64,000 bases of DNA from Heptranchias perlo. Its lineage: Eukaryota. The stretch lies in contig NC_090359.1 of NCBI RefSeq assembly GCF_035084215.1, positions 24,738,001 through 24,802,000 of the forward strand, in the 5' to 3' direction. A program made the translations under genes and the position numbers. The first letter of the stretch is position 1. Each line of letters starts with the position of its first letter. Below the pieces are notes generated by a model. The model was not told where the DNA came from, searched no databases, and worked only from the letters and a program-made list of their open reading frames with translations. This document shows positions 37,575 through 50,210 of this stretch, one piece after another.

Positions 37575-37705
37575 CCAATGCCATCCTGGAAATGTCGAAG
37601 GAGAAGCCGGCTGAACGGACCCTGGACCGTCACGCCCTGCAATTTACTGCCTCGGTCCAGCGCGTCGAAATGGAACTCTCGAGTCAGATCCGCTATCTGA
37701 CCCAG
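37575..37705 (+). CDS. MED11: MED11 exon 2 ([44 protein letters not shown])
   Basis: CAG acceptor and CAG|GTGAG donor; 131 nt, in frame with exon 1; conserved ELSxQIRYLTQ. Confidence 0.93.
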
Positions 37706-37799
37706 GTGAGCAGGAATCGGTTCAACCTCAACTGTAGATCCGTGAGGAACTGGCCCATAACTGGGGCCCTGGTGAACTCACCTGTGGCTGAACCCTCAT

Positions 37800-37972
37800 C
37801 CCCCACCCCCTCCCCCACCCCCTCCACCACCCCCTCCCCCACCCCCTCCACCACCCCCTCCCCCACCCCCTCCCCCACCCCCTCCACCACCCCCTCCCCC
37901 ACCCCCTCCACCACCCCCTCCACCACCCCCTCCCCCACCCCCTCCACCACCCCCTCCCCCACCCCCTCCACC
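37800..37972 (+). repeat. 12-bp C-rich repeat (ACCCCCTCCMCC), followed by an L2 3' fragment to about 38350
   Basis: Tandem copies, then the L2 tail GGCGCTATATAAATGC. Confidence 0.85.
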
Positions 37973-38669
37973 ATTGGCTCCCAGTCCGCCAACACCTCCA
38001 TTTTTAAAATTCTCATCCTTGCTTTCAAATCCCTCCATGGCCTCGCCCCCTCCCCTATCTCTGTAACCTCCTCCAGCCCCTACAACCCTCCGAGATCTCT
38101 GCGCTCCTCCAATTCTGGCCTTTTGCACATCCCCGATTTCCATCGCCCCACCATTGGCGGCCGTGCCTTCAGCTGTCGAGGCCCTAAGCTCTGGAATTCC
38201 CTCCCTAAACCTCTCCGCCTCTCTCTCTCTCCTCCTTAAAACCTCCCTCAGTGACCAAACTTTTTGTCGCCTGTCCTAATGTGTCAAATTTTTGCCTGAT
38301 AATCGGTCCTGTGGGACGTTTTACTACGTTAAAGGCGCTATATAAATGCAGGCTGTTATCGCACTGCCGGGCTGAGCTGAAACCCACAGTGAGACACCAG
38401 CTCCCAGGTTACTCAGCAACCCCTGGATCTCTTCCTTCCCTCTGGTTTCTCCCCCCCCCACCCCCGGACTCGGGTTCCACGCACACCCAGCGCAGCCCTC
38501 TGGCACCTCACACGAGGCCAGTCTTCATTGTATGAGCCCGAGCTATTGGATCATGGGGTGCATCGCGGCCAAGCCCATCGCCCACACGCGTGCGATCGGG
38601 AGGGGGATTGTCGACGTATTTACACACCTCTCCGCATTTCCTAACCTAGCCAATCCAATTCCACCACCT

Positions 38670-39240
38670 AGAATCATACAGCACAGGAGGAGGCCATTCG
38701 GCCCATCGTGCCTGTGCTGGCTCTTTGAAAGAGCTATCCAATTAGTCCCACTCCCCCTGCTCTTTCCCCCATAGCCCTGCAAATTTTTCCTTTTCAAGTA
38801 TTTATCCAATTCCCTTTTGAAAGTTACTATTGAATCTGCTTCCACCGCCCTTTCAGGCAGCGCGTTCCAGATCATCACAACTCGCTGCGTAAAAAATAAT
38901 TCTCCTCATCTCCCCTCTGGTTCTTTTGCCAATTATCTTCAATCTGTGTCCTCTGGTCACCGACCCTCCTGCCACTGGAAACAGTTTCTCCTTATTTACT
39001 CTATCAAAACCCCTCATGATTTTGAACACCTCGATTAAATCTCCCCTTAACCTTCTCTGTTCTGAGGAGAACAATCCCAGCTTCTCCAGTCTCTCCACGT
39101 AACTGAAGTCCCTCATCCCTGGTACCATTCTAGTAAATCTCCTCTGCACCCTCTCCGAGGCCTGGACATCCTTCCTAAAGTGCGGTGCCCAGAATTGGAC
39201 ACAATACTCCAGCTGGGGCCTAACCAGTGATTTATAAAGG
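38670..39240 (-). mobile_element. CR1 3' fragment in MED11 intron 2 (Deu-core SINE follows at about 39255-39640, +)
   Basis: Translation QRRFTRMVPGMRDFSYVERLEKLGLFS..LRGDLIEVFKI. Confidence 0.88.
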
Positions 39241-39708
39241 TAACTTCCTATTAACCCGTAGTCAGCCGCACTCTCACCTCTGAGTCAGAAGGTCGTGGGT
39301 TCAGGAGTTCTGAGCTTATAATCTCGTCTGACTCTCCCAGTGCCGGTACTGAGGGAGCGCCGCACTGTCGGAGGTGCTGTCCTTCGGATGAGACCTCAAA
39401 CCGAGGCCCCCCCCCGTCTGCCCCTCTCACGGGAGATGTAGAAGATCCCAACGGCCACTATTTCCAAGTTCTCCCCGGTGTCCTGGGCCAATATTTATCC
39501 CTCCGATTAACCGGTCAAAATATCACATTGCTGTTTGTGGGATCTTGCTGTGCGTAAATTGGCCGCTGCGTTTCCTACATTACAGCAGTGACTGCTGTTC
39601 ACTGTAAAGCCCTTTGGGACATCCTGATATAAATGCAAGGCCTTTTTTTTTTTCTTTCTTTCCCCCCCCCCCCCCCCCCGCCCCCCCCTGTCTCTTTCTC
39701 CCTCGAAG

Positions 39709-39849
39709 GTCGCTACGGGGCAGCCGCACGAAGGGTCCAGCTATTCCACCAGGAAGGATGCGCAGATGGCGGTGAATCGAGTGGAGTACACGCACATGAA
39801 AGTGCGGGACCTCGTCAAGACCTGTGAGCAGATGCTGGAGCAGCCGTGA
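39709..39849 (+). CDS. MED11: MED11 exon 3 ([46 protein letters not shown]); total 118 aa
   Basis: Long pyrimidine tract plus AAG acceptor; conserved [12 protein letters not shown] motif; TGA at 39847-39849. Confidence 0.93.
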   Translation, partial: VATGQPHEGSSYSTRKDAQMAVNRVEYTHMKVRDLVKTCEQMLEQP

Positions 39850-40939
39850 AGTGAGACGATGCTCTGTGAATTGGTTTGATGTTCGAAACCCCCCTGACCC
39901 TGGTTGGGGGCCCCCTTGTCCATCCTGTAAGACAGCTCTCTGTGCTCCACTGTGCCGAGGCCCTGGTAATCTGTCCGGTTACCTTTGATTGTTGCTTTTG
40001 GTCTTTGAAACTTTTCAGGCGAGCATCAACCCCTTTTCCCCCCCCCCACCTTCTGAACAGGAATCGGCAAAGAATCATCACTAACTTTTGATTTAATCGC
40101 AGGTAAAGGGAAATGTTAATGTCTGAAACGGCGAGCCGGTGAGCAGAGGCACGTCTAGTCGCCTCAGCAGCCAGTCTTCCTCTCTCCCCCGACCCCCCAG
40201 TTCCTCTTTCCCCTCAACCCTCCAGTCCCTCTCTCTCCCCCTCCCAATCTCCAACCCCCATTCTCTCTCTCCTCTGATCCCATTCCCATTTTCTCTCCAT
40301 CCCTGACCCTATACTCTCTCTACCCCGACTCCTAGTCTCCCTCCCCCTGACCACCATTCCCTCTCTTCCCCCCACTCCCCAGTCTCCTTCTCTCCCCCAC
40401 ACACCCCTGACCCCAATTCCTGTCCCCCTCTCTATCCCCCACGCCCTCTATCCCCCCCCGCCCCCCCCCCATTTCCCAGTTTAGCTCTCCCTCTTCCCAA
40501 AGCTCCCCTATCTGACCCCAACCCCCAGGCTAGTGACCCGGGTGTGACCTTTCACCAGTCGCACTGACCAGGGGTCTCCACCCGAATCAGTAGCCTGTCT
40601 CTCTCTCTCCCTTTCAGACGCTGACTGACCATCGCTGTGCCATTCCAGTGTGTGTAATTTGAGGTTTCCGACTGTTTTTCTTTCTCTCTCACTGGCTCAG
40701 GGGAGCTGACTGACCCCCTCGTTGAGGTGGGGTGGGGGTCCTGATTATAAACGCAGGTGCAGCTGGGACAGGGTCTTGTATACCTCCTGGTGTGCGGTCA
40801 GCTCGCCCCACACTGTGAGGGGGCTCAGCTCCCCTGTTCCCCCCACCCCTACAAAAAAACCGTACCTCAGTGCCACGGAGCGGGACAGAAGCAGCCAGGG
40901 ACTCTGGCTAGACGTCGCCGCCTGCGAGTTCAGAGGGCG

Positions 40940-41029
40940 CAGCGGGCAGGCTATTTGACCATGGGGGGCGGGATACTGCAGCAGAATCTGCAGTATCCCG
41001 CCCCCCATGGTCAAATAGCCTGCCCGCTG
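40940..41029. repeat. Perfect 42-bp inverted repeat with a 6-nt loop
   Basis: Arm 40940-40981 is the exact reverse complement of 40988-41029; loop CAGAAT. Confidence 0.95.
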
Positions 41030-41686
41030 GGAGTGCCATAGCAAAGTGGGGCGGGGGGGGGTGGTCAAGCCAGTCCGTGTACCCCACAAGAGGCAGCGAC
41101 TTGGTGGGGTACGGTTTAAAAGAAGAGGTCGCCTTGCATTTTAGGGACCCTGTGTGCATCAGATCTTGGTGCGTGGGGACGGTCCTGAGCCGACTCCCAC
41201 CGTGTCTTTTATCCCATCGACAGCCAAGAATCGTATAAACCCTGGGAGTTGGCACAGGGTCCTGTGCCCGCTATGCCATCCCCTCTTCCCGGACTGCCAA
41301 ACGTAAAGCAGCCCCCCCCCAAAAAAAAAAAAACAGGGTAAAGTTACTGCTGATTCTTTGTCCACGGCGTGTGACGGTTTTAAAGTGAGGACGTCCAGTC
41401 TCTCCGCCCTCGTCTTCTCCCCCCGCCCCCCCCACACACTCGGCAATCGCACAGGGTGGGGCGGGGGGAAAGAAATGAGGGGGGAGTTTTCCGAGTGCAG
41501 GAATGTTGGTTTGCGGAACGGGGAATGCGAGGTTGGGAACGTACGTGTTGTGAGCCAGTCGCAAATGTCGCTTGCTGCAGCCGGTGGGTGTTTTTTGACC
41601 CGGTGCCTTGACGTTACTGTATAAATGTGGACGTTTTATATTGTTCTGTATTTTACATTTCTGTATCCGCAGGGACCCCCCCCTGC

Positions 41687-41692
41687 AATAAA
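41687..41692 (+). terminator. Probable MED11 polyadenylation signal
   Basis: First AATAAA I found after the stop codon; U-rich upstream (TGTA motifs) and GT-rich downstream. Confidence 0.55.
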
Positions 41693-41909
41693 CAGAAAGC
41701 AGCATGTCGTCTGTATCTGTCCTTTGCGTCGCACTCTTTCCTGCCATTCTGATCGCAGCGGGTTTCTTCGATCGCACTGCATGTCTCACCCAACGCCAAT
41801 CTGGGAGCTTCTCTTTTCCCCCCCCCCCCCCCCTCAGCCCTCGGTGGTCGACCAGTTAAAGGCACCACTTCACGTTCAGCTCATCCAGGAATGTCCTGGA
41901 TGAACCTGT

Positions 41910-41970
41910 TGTACCACCGTGTGACCAGTAGGTGGGGCTGCTGTACCACTCTGGCCAGTAGGTGGTGCTG
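41910..41970 (+). promoter_or_regulatory. Tandem pair of CTCF-like sites (30-bp duplication)
   Basis: TGACCAGTAGGTGGGGCTG and TGGCCAGTAGGTGGTGCTG resemble the CTCF core TGGCCACCAGGGGGCGCTA. Confidence 0.5.
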
Positions 41971-41974
41971 CTGA

Positions 41975-42880
41975 GCTCTTTACTCTGTATCTAACCCCGT
42001 GCTGTACCTGCCCTGGGAGTGTTTGATGGGACAGTGTCGAGGGAGCTTTACTCTGTATCTAACCCGTGCTGTACCTGCCCTGGGAGTGTTTGATGGGACA
42101 GTGTCGAGGGAGCTTTACTCTGTATCTAACCCGTGCTGTACCTGCCCTGGGAGTGTTTGATGGGACAGTGTCGAGGGAGCTTTACTCTGTATCTAACCCG
42201 TGCTGTACCTGCCCTGGGAGTGTTTGATGGGACAGTGTAGGGGGAGCTTTACTCTGTATCTAACCCGTGCTGTACCTGCCCTGGGAGTGTTTGATGGGAC
42301 AGTGTAGAGGGAGCTTTACTCTGTATCTAACCCGTGCTGTACCTGCCCTGGGAGTGTTTGATGGGACAGTGTAGAGGGAGCTTTACTCTGTATCTAACCT
42401 GTGCAGTACCTGCCCTGGGAGTGTTTGATGGGACAGTGTAGAGGGAGCTTTACTCTGTATCTAACCCGTGCTGTACCTGCCCTGGGAGTGTTTGATGGGA
42501 CAGCGTAGAGGGAGCTTTACTCTGTACCTAACCCGTGCTGTACCTGCCCTGGGAGTGTTTGATGGGACAGTGTAGAGGGAGCTTTACTCTGTATCTAACC
42601 CGTGCTGTACCTGCCCTGGGAGTGTTTGATGGGACAGTGTAGAGGGAGCTTTACTCTGTATCTAACCCGTGCTGTACCTGCCCTGGGAGTGTTTGATGGG
42701 ACAGTGTAGAGGGAGCTTTACTCTGTATCTAACCCGTGCTGTACCTGCCCTGGGAGTGTTTGATGGGACAGTGTAGAGGGAGCTTTACTCTGTATCTAAC
42801 CTGTGCAGTACCTGCCCTGGGAGTGTTTGATGGGACAGTGTAGAGGGAGCTTTACTCTGTATCTAATCCATGCTGTATCT
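41975..42880 (-). repeat. 67-bp minisatellite array (reverse orientation)
   Basis: About 13 copies, reverse complement of the 1385-2370 unit. Confidence 0.95.
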
Positions 42881-43138
42881 ACTCTCTATTAACTCATGCT
42901 GTTATGCCCGCTCCACTGCATTCACTCTACTCCTACTGCCTTCTCCATTGAGACCAGCTAACCTGACAAGCAAGAAGCAGTTCTGTTCTTTGAAGGGTTC
43001 ATTGAACTCCTCTGTTGACACGATCAGCCCCAATGTGAGAGATTCGGGGTAAATATGGGCAGCCCTCCTTATATGAGGTTGCCTCAACTACTTGTTGTGT
43101 TTCTGGGCCTTTAATCAGATAATTCCTCATACTCAGCA

Positions 43139-43515
43139 CCTTTGTTTCCGACAGCCTGGGCCTTTGTTTCCGACAGCCTGGGCCTTTGTTTCCGACAGCC
43201 TGGGCCTTTGTTTCCGACAGCCTGGGCCTTTGTTTCCGACAGCCTGGGCCTTTGTTTCCGACAGCCTGGGCCTTTGTTTCCGACAGCCTGGGCCTTTGTT
43301 TCCGACAGCCTGGGCCTTTGTTTCCGACAGCCTGGGCCTTTGTTTCCGACAGCCTGGGCCTTTGTTTCCGACAGCCTGGGCCTTTGTTTCCGACAGCCTG
43401 GGCCTTTGTTTCCGACAGCCTGGGCCTTTGTTTCCGACAGCCTGGGCCTTTGTTTCCGACAGCCTGGGCCTTTGTTTCCGACAGCCTGGGCCTTTGTTTC
43501 CGACAGCCTGGGCCT
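43139..43515 (+). repeat. 22-bp perfect VNTR (CCTTTGTTTCCGACAGCCTGGG) x17
   Basis: Identical tandem copies. Confidence 0.95.
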
Positions 43516-44697
43516 ACGCCTTTGTAAGTGTAACGAGTGCAGGAGTCCAACAGAAACCCTCGTTGTGGTAATTGGTTGACCCTTCTCACCTCCTAGACTT
43601 CAAAGGCAGCTGGAATATCCTCTATCACGACCTCAACATTAAACCTCTCCCATAAACTGGGGAATCAAGGGGCGAATGAGAGTGAGGAACTTAAAGTAAT
43701 TAAGATTAGTGAAAAAAAAAGTACTGGAGAAATTAATGGGACTAAAAGGTGATAAATCCCCTGGACCTGATGAGCTACATCCTCGGGTTCTAAAAGAGGT
43801 GGCTGCAGAGATAGTGGATGCATTGGTTGTGATCTTCCAAAATTCCCTAGATTCCAGAACGGTCCCAGTGGATTGGAAGGTAGCAAATGTAACCCCGCTA
43901 TTCAAGAAAGGAGGGAGAGAGAAAACAGGGAACTACAGGTCAGTTAGCCTGACACCAGTCATCGGGAAAATGCTGGAATCCATTATTAAGGACGTAGGAA
44001 CAGGTCACTTAGAAAATCATAACATGATTAGGCAGAGTCAACATGGTTTTATGAAAGGGAAATCATGTTTGACAAATCTATTAGAGTTTTTTGAGGGTGT
44101 AACTAGCAGGGTAGATAAAGGGGGAACCAGTGGATATGGTATATTTGGATTTTCAAAAGGCATTCGATAAGGTGCCACACAAAAGGTTGTTAAGGGCTCA
44201 TGAGGTTGGGGGTAATATATTAGCATGGATAGAGGATTGGTTAACGGACAGAAAACAGAGAGTAGGGATAAACGGGTCATTCTCGGGTTGACAGGCTGTA
44301 ACTAGTGGGGTACCGCAAGGATCGGTGCTGGGGGCCTCAGCTATTTACACTCTATATTAATGACTTAGATGAAGGGACTGAGTGTAATGTACTCAAGTTT
44401 GCTGACGATACAAAGCTAGTTGGGAAAGTAAGCTGTGAGGAGGACACGAAGGGTTCGATGTTAGCAGGGCTGCGGGTTCACGGCGGGGGGGGCTATTCAC
44501 GCCCGGTGAAATCAGTCTGCCCCCCGCGCAATCGCAGGCTGATTGGATCCACTTACCTGGTCTTCCGGGTTCCCCACTGCTGGTCTGCGCGTCGGGTGGG
44601 CTGCGCATGCGCAGTAAGATCTGTCAGCTGGAGGCTCTCTATTTAAAGGGGCAGTCCTCCACTGACAGATGCTGTAACAAATAGAAAAAATTACAGC

Positions 44698-44943
44698 ATG
44701 GAGCAGCCCAGGGGGAAGGCTGCTCCCAGGTTTAATGATGCCTCACTCCAGGTATCATTAGATGGGGTGAGGAGGAGGGGGAGGACAGAGATCTTCCCCC
44801 CAGCGTGCGGGAGGAAGTTGCCTGCCTCTGCCACCAAGAAGGCCTGGCTCGAGGTGGCAGAGGAGGTCACCTGCACCACCAACATATCGCCCACCTGCAT
44901 ACAGTGCAGGAGGCGCTGCAATGACCTAAGTAGGTCAGCCACA
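44698..44943 (+). pseudogene. Harbinger Myb/SANT-like DNA-binding protein, first exon
   Basis: APRFNDASL..KKAWLEVAEEV..TCIQCRRRCNDLSRSA fits the trihelix/Myb-like pattern; TATTTAAA at 44640; donor GTGAGG at 44944. Confidence 0.7.
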
Positions 44944-45472
44944 GTGAGGACACTTACTCATTCCCCAACACTCCGTCTGCCACATCACCGCCCCCACCCC
45001 ACATCTCCTTCAGCACTGCCAACACTACTCTGTCACATCACCCCTCATACCCACTCAAACCCCATCCTCATCTTACCTGCACCTACTCACCTCGCCAGTA
45101 CTCATCCCGCCACTACCACTCAACCCAACCCTCATACAATCTCATGGCTCTATCTCATACTCACCCTCTCGTGCATCTCCCTCACGGCCAGCCTCACTCA
45201 ACCTGCCACAACCTGTGCTGCAGCCACAGGGCATGCATCACATATGTGCAGTAGGCAGCGTAAGGCAAACGTGTCGTGAGCATGAAGGGGATGCACAAGG
45301 GTGTTTGAGGGTTTGTCGTGGTTTTCACTTACATTTAATTTCTGACCAACTCACATTACATATTATATTGGCACCACTACTGCCATGTCTTTGCAAATCT
45401 TGTCCGGTTTGTGCAATAATGCCCTTTCCTGGGTATCACTATGAGGACCCACCACTGATGCCACCCATTGTG

Positions 45473-45940
45473 TCACTGCAGAGTGGGTGTAGGTGTATTT
45501 GCAGGGCTCTTCTGCGCAGACGACTGAGAGACATCGGCGATGTCCCCGGTTGCACCCTGGAAGGATGCGGAGGAGAAGTTGTTGAGGGCAGTGGTGAATT
45601 TGACAGCGACAGGTAAGAAGATGGTGCTTGGGCCAGCCAGGAGCAGCTCGGCATGAAAGAGGCTGCAGATGTCCACGGCTACATGTCGAGTGACTCTGAG
45701 CCTCCGTGTGCACTGCTGCTCAGAGAGGTCCAGGAAACTGAGCCTCGGTCTGTGGACCCTGTGGCGAGGGTAGTGCCCTCTGCGACGCATCTCTCTCTGC
45801 GGTTGCCCTCCCTCCTGCTGTGCAGGTGGATGTGTCACAGCACTGTGTTGTGGAGCTCCACGTGTCAGAGGTGGATGGCGAGGCTGGTGATGCTGTTCGC
45901 CCTCCGAGGAGGTCATGACTGCAGCTACGGCGGCCCCCAT
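45473..45940 (-). pseudogene. Harbinger (HARBI1-like) transposase N-terminal remnant, DDE core missing
   Basis: RPRLSFLDLSEQQCTRRLR..LPVAVKFTTALNNFSSASFQGATGDIADVSQS resembles the HTH region of Harbinger transposases. Confidence 0.7.
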
Positions 45941-47759
45941 CCGCAAGATGTACGTTTGAGGGGGTCCGCAAGGTAGGCACATGTCTCTGGACCCCGGGGT
46001 AAGTGTGCAAGTTTGTGAATTTTGTTAGGAGGAGGGTGGTGGAGGCCAAACTTTGTCCCGAGTGACAGAGTGGCCTCCTGCAATGAGTGAGGGTCTCCCC
46101 CACCCCCCGACCTGTCAAATGGACCTTTGCAGCTGCCACAGACCGATGGCTGCAACACGTCCATTTGAACTGGGAGTGTTTCCCCCAGTACGGGAAACAG
46201 TCCCAGTTGTTTGCAAAATCCCACCCCTCCTAAAATATCAGGTCAATCAGGTCTCTAAACGACCTGAAATACCTAAATAAATACTTTAAGTGGCATCCCG
46301 TCGGCTTTAATTACCGGCGGGAGTCCCACATGCGGGGGCTGCGTGCGCACGTCAGCGCGTCTGCGGGGAACCCGGAAGTGGGCGGGTTGGAGCCGGGCTC
46401 CCGCCCCGCTCCGGGATTCCTCGATTTTCGGAGCCCCCCTCCCGCCCGGAACGCACCCGATAGCGGGTGCTAATATCGAGCCCAAAGAGTCTGCAAAGGG
46501 ATATCGACAGGTTGAGTGAGTGGGTGAGAAGGTGTCAGATGGAGTATAATGTGGGGAAATGTGAGGTTATTCACTTTGGTAAGAAGAATAGAAAAGCAGA
46601 ATATTTTTTAAAAGGTGAGAGACTAAGAAATGTTGGTGTTCAGAGAGATTTGGGTGTCCTTGTACATGAAACATTGAATGTTAACATGCAGGTAAAGCAA
46701 GCAATTAGGAAGGTAAATGGTATGTTAACCTTTATTGTAAGGGGTTTGGAGAACAAGAGTAAGGAGGTCTTGCTGCAATTGTACAGGGCTCTGGTGAGAC
46801 CTCACCTGCAGTACTGCGTACAGTTTTGGTCTCCTTACCTAAGGAAGGATATACTTGCCTTCGAGGGAGTGCAATGAAGGTTCACTAGATTGATTCCTGG
46901 GATGAGAGGGTTGTCCTATGAGGAGAGGTTGAGTAGAATGGACCTATACTCTCTGGAGTTTAGAAGAATGAGAGGTGATCTCATTGAAATGTATAAAATT
47001 CTTAAGAGGACTTGAGAGGGTAGATGCTGAGAGGATGTTTCCCCCGGCTGGAGAGTCTAGAACTAGGGGACATAGTCTCAGGATAAGGGGTCGGACATTT
47101 AAGACTGAGATGAGGAGGAATTTCTTCACTCAGAGGGTTGTGAATCTTTGGAGTTCTCTACCCCAGAGGGCTGTGGATGCTGAGTCCTTGAGTATATTCA
47201 AGGCTGAGATGGATAGATTTTTGGACTCTCGGGGAATCAAGGGATCGAGCAGGAAAGTGGAGTTGATTGAACGGCAGAGCAGGCTCGAGGGGCCGAATGG
47301 CCTACTCCTGCTCCTATTTCTTATGCTCTTAAACTACGGAGCCGGTTTGGTGTAGATAAAAGACCAATGTTCTAAAAAATACTACAGCCGATTACATTAA
47401 ATGTTTGAAAATCCTGTGCGAGGCCACGCTGACCTGAGTTCCCAGCACGTTGCCCTGTTGCATAAGGCCGTGTTCCTGGAGGTCTCATTTTGTAAAATCG
47501 ACTGCAATATTTAAATTATAGGTCCTTGTTGCCTTTTTGCACTTTGCAACCTTTCTGAAATCAGGATGATGATGGGCTGTATTTGAGATATAAAAAAATA
47601 ATTACAGCTAAAACCTTAAACTCTACTGTACCTTTTATACGCTCAATACCTGTTAATGTAGAGTGCCCAGGGATCAAACATTAAGTTCGGGCAGGTCAGT
47701 TTGTCTCAGAAGGGCATAAAATCTATTAACTTAAAAAAAAAATAATGTTTTGTTTTCAC

Positions 47760-48230
47760 TAGAACGATAGCAGGGCTTAGAGGGTTAAATTATGAGGAAG
47801 GGTCGCATAGACTTGGCTTGTAGTCCCTTGAGTTTTGGAGATTGAGAGGGCGATCTGATCGAGTGTTTAAAGCAATAAAAAGGATTTGAGAGGGTGGATG
47901 GAGAGAGACTATTTCCTCTGGTGGGCGAGTCCAGAGCGAGGGGGGATTAACCTTAAAATTCGAGCCAGGCCGTTCAGGAGTGAAATCAGGGAAGCATTTA
48001 TTTCAATAAAAGGGCAGTGGGAATCTGGAACTCTCTTCCCCCGAAAGGCTGTGGATTCTGTGGGACAGTTGGAGCTTTCAGGACTGAGATGGATAGACTT
48101 TTGTTGGGTGAGGGTATCGAGGGATAGGGAGCAAAGGCGGGGTAAATGGAGTTGGAGGTGCAGATCAGCCATGATCTGATTGAAGGGCGGAATAGTCTCG
48201 AGGGGCTGAATGGCCTCCTCCTGTCCCTGT
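47760..48230 (+). mobile_element. CR1 3' fragment
   Basis: CR1 3' UTR motif GATCAGCCATGATCT...GGCCTCCTCCTGT. Confidence 0.75.
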
Positions 48231-48559
48231 GTTCATTATAAAAGGCAGGAAAGCCCTGATTTTTTTGTTCTTCCCTTTATTGGTCCGCTGCGGACCAAGC
48301 CGAGCTGCGACCTGGTCTACTGCACGGCCAGCAGGGGGATTAGTTAACGCATCCCGGCGAATTCAAAGGTTTCCAGGCCGGGCGGGCGTGAGGAGGATTT
48401 ACCGGGTGGTGTCTGATCGCGTCTCGAATTGAGACTGAGCGCGATGCCACAGTCAGCACCATCCACACCGAGTCTCAGTTATCGTGAAACCTTGCTCGAA
48501 AGTTGAAGGCAGATATTGGAGAGCGACTTTGAGGTTAAGAAAGAATCAACAAGCAAAAA

Positions 48560-50210
48560 ACTTGCATTCAAACAGCGCCCAAAACACTCTACAGCCAACG
48601 AAGCACTTTTTAAAGTGCGGTCACTGCTGTAATGTAGGAAACGCTGCGGCCAATTTGCGCACAGCAAGATCCCGCAATCAACGACGTGATAAATGACCAG
48701 ATCATCTTTTTTTAAGTGATGTTGGTTGAGGGATAAATCTCGGCCCCAGGAAACCAGGGGACGAACTCCCCCAGCTCTTCTTCGAAATAGTGGCCGTGGG
48801 ATCTTTTACGTCCACCCGAGAGGGGCAGACGGCGGCGGGGGGGGCCTCGGTTTAACGTCTCGGGAGAAAGATGGCACCTCCCGACGGTGCGGCGCTCCCT
48901 CGGTGCCAGTGCTGGCGGGGGGGTGTCGGTCTGGATTATGCGCTCGAGCCTGTGGAGCGGGAGACTTGAACGCCCACTCGGAGGCGAGGGAGAGTTTACT
49001 CACAGAGGCCAGGCTGACACCTAAACAGTTAAACCTGGGGTGTGGGATAGAAAGAAATAGCATTCAGACAACTTCATGAAAAGCCTGTAGGCTGTAGTGG
49101 GGGGAATAGGGGGCTGAAGGAGTTTTCAGCACCTGGGAACGAGTCGAACGAGGAGATGGAATGATAACTGTCAGCTTGGGGCCCACATCACTGCTGTGTA
49201 CAGAAAGCCAACTAAAAATAAACTGGTTTGAAAGATCGACAGAAGAGATAGAACTGATGTACGATGATAAATATCTCGAACCTGCAGGCGTTTCCTGCAC
49301 AGCCTCCAGCTCAGTTTGAAGCCTCCGTGTGGTTTTGTGTGACCATCAATCTTGCACTTTACACACAGATCAGGCTCGGATAAGCCAGGATTGCCTGGGC
49401 TCAGGTCACCTAAGGAAGGTCTTGCATTCATTTAGCACCTTTCACAACCTCAGGAAGCCCCAAAGCTACTCACAAGCCAACAAAGCACTTTTTAAAAGTG
49501 TGGTCACTGCTGTAACGTAGGGAGACGTGACAGCCAATTTGCGCACAGCAAGATCCCACAAACAGCGATGTGATAACGACCAGATTATCCGTTTTTTTTT
49601 TGGTGATGTTGGTTGAGGGATAAACATTAGACCCAGGGGGAAAAACTCCCCTGCTCGTCTTCAAATAGTGGCCCTGGGATCTTTTACGTCCACCCGGAGA
49701 GAGCAGACTTGGTTTAATGTTTTGTGCGAAAGACAGCACCTCCAACAGTGTGGCACCCGAGTGTTAGCCTGGATTACGTGCTCAGGTCTCTGGTGATGGG
49801 AATATGAGCCCACAGCACCTTCTGACTCAGAGACGAGCGTGCTACCCACCGAGCTACAGTTGAAATAATGCTCGGAAATAATGTGTTGAATGTGAAATAA
49901 TGTGTTGAAATAATGCTCGGAGCTAGGTCTCACCGTGCTCTTTGCACTTTGTTTGGAACTTAGCACTGTCCTTTCAGAAGATAAAAGGTGGAGTCAAGAA
50001 CAGAAACACATTTATTGGAATCCTGGGCCAATGTTTATCCCTCCAGCAACATCACTAAAACAGATTATCCAGTCATTATCACATTGCTGCTTGTGGGATC
50101 TTGCTGTGCACAATTTAGCTGCCGCATGTCCCTATATGACAACAGTGACTGCACTTCATTGACTGTAAAGCGCTTTGGGACGTCCTGAGGTTGTGAAAGG
50201 CGCTATATAA
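48560..50210. mobile_element. Three Deu-core SINEs (about 48560-49020 minus, 49420-49860 minus, 50020-50210 plus)
   Basis: Shared SINE body and tail. Confidence 0.7.

Larger units (their letters stand above)
44451..46483 (+). mobile_element. Internally deleted PIF/Harbinger DNA transposon
   Basis: TIR GGGTTCGATGTTAGCA vs GGGCTCGATATTAGCA (14/16); 3-bp TSD GAA/AAA; convergent Myb/SANT and transposase remnants. Confidence 0.85.
43650..47330 (+). mobile_element. Long CR1 RT fragment interrupted by a Harbinger element (44451-46483)
   Basis: KSPGPDELHPRVLKE..NYRSVSLT..QHGFMKGKSCLTNL..KFADDTK, resuming as LQRDIDRLSEW after the insertion; frameshifted. Confidence 0.9.
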
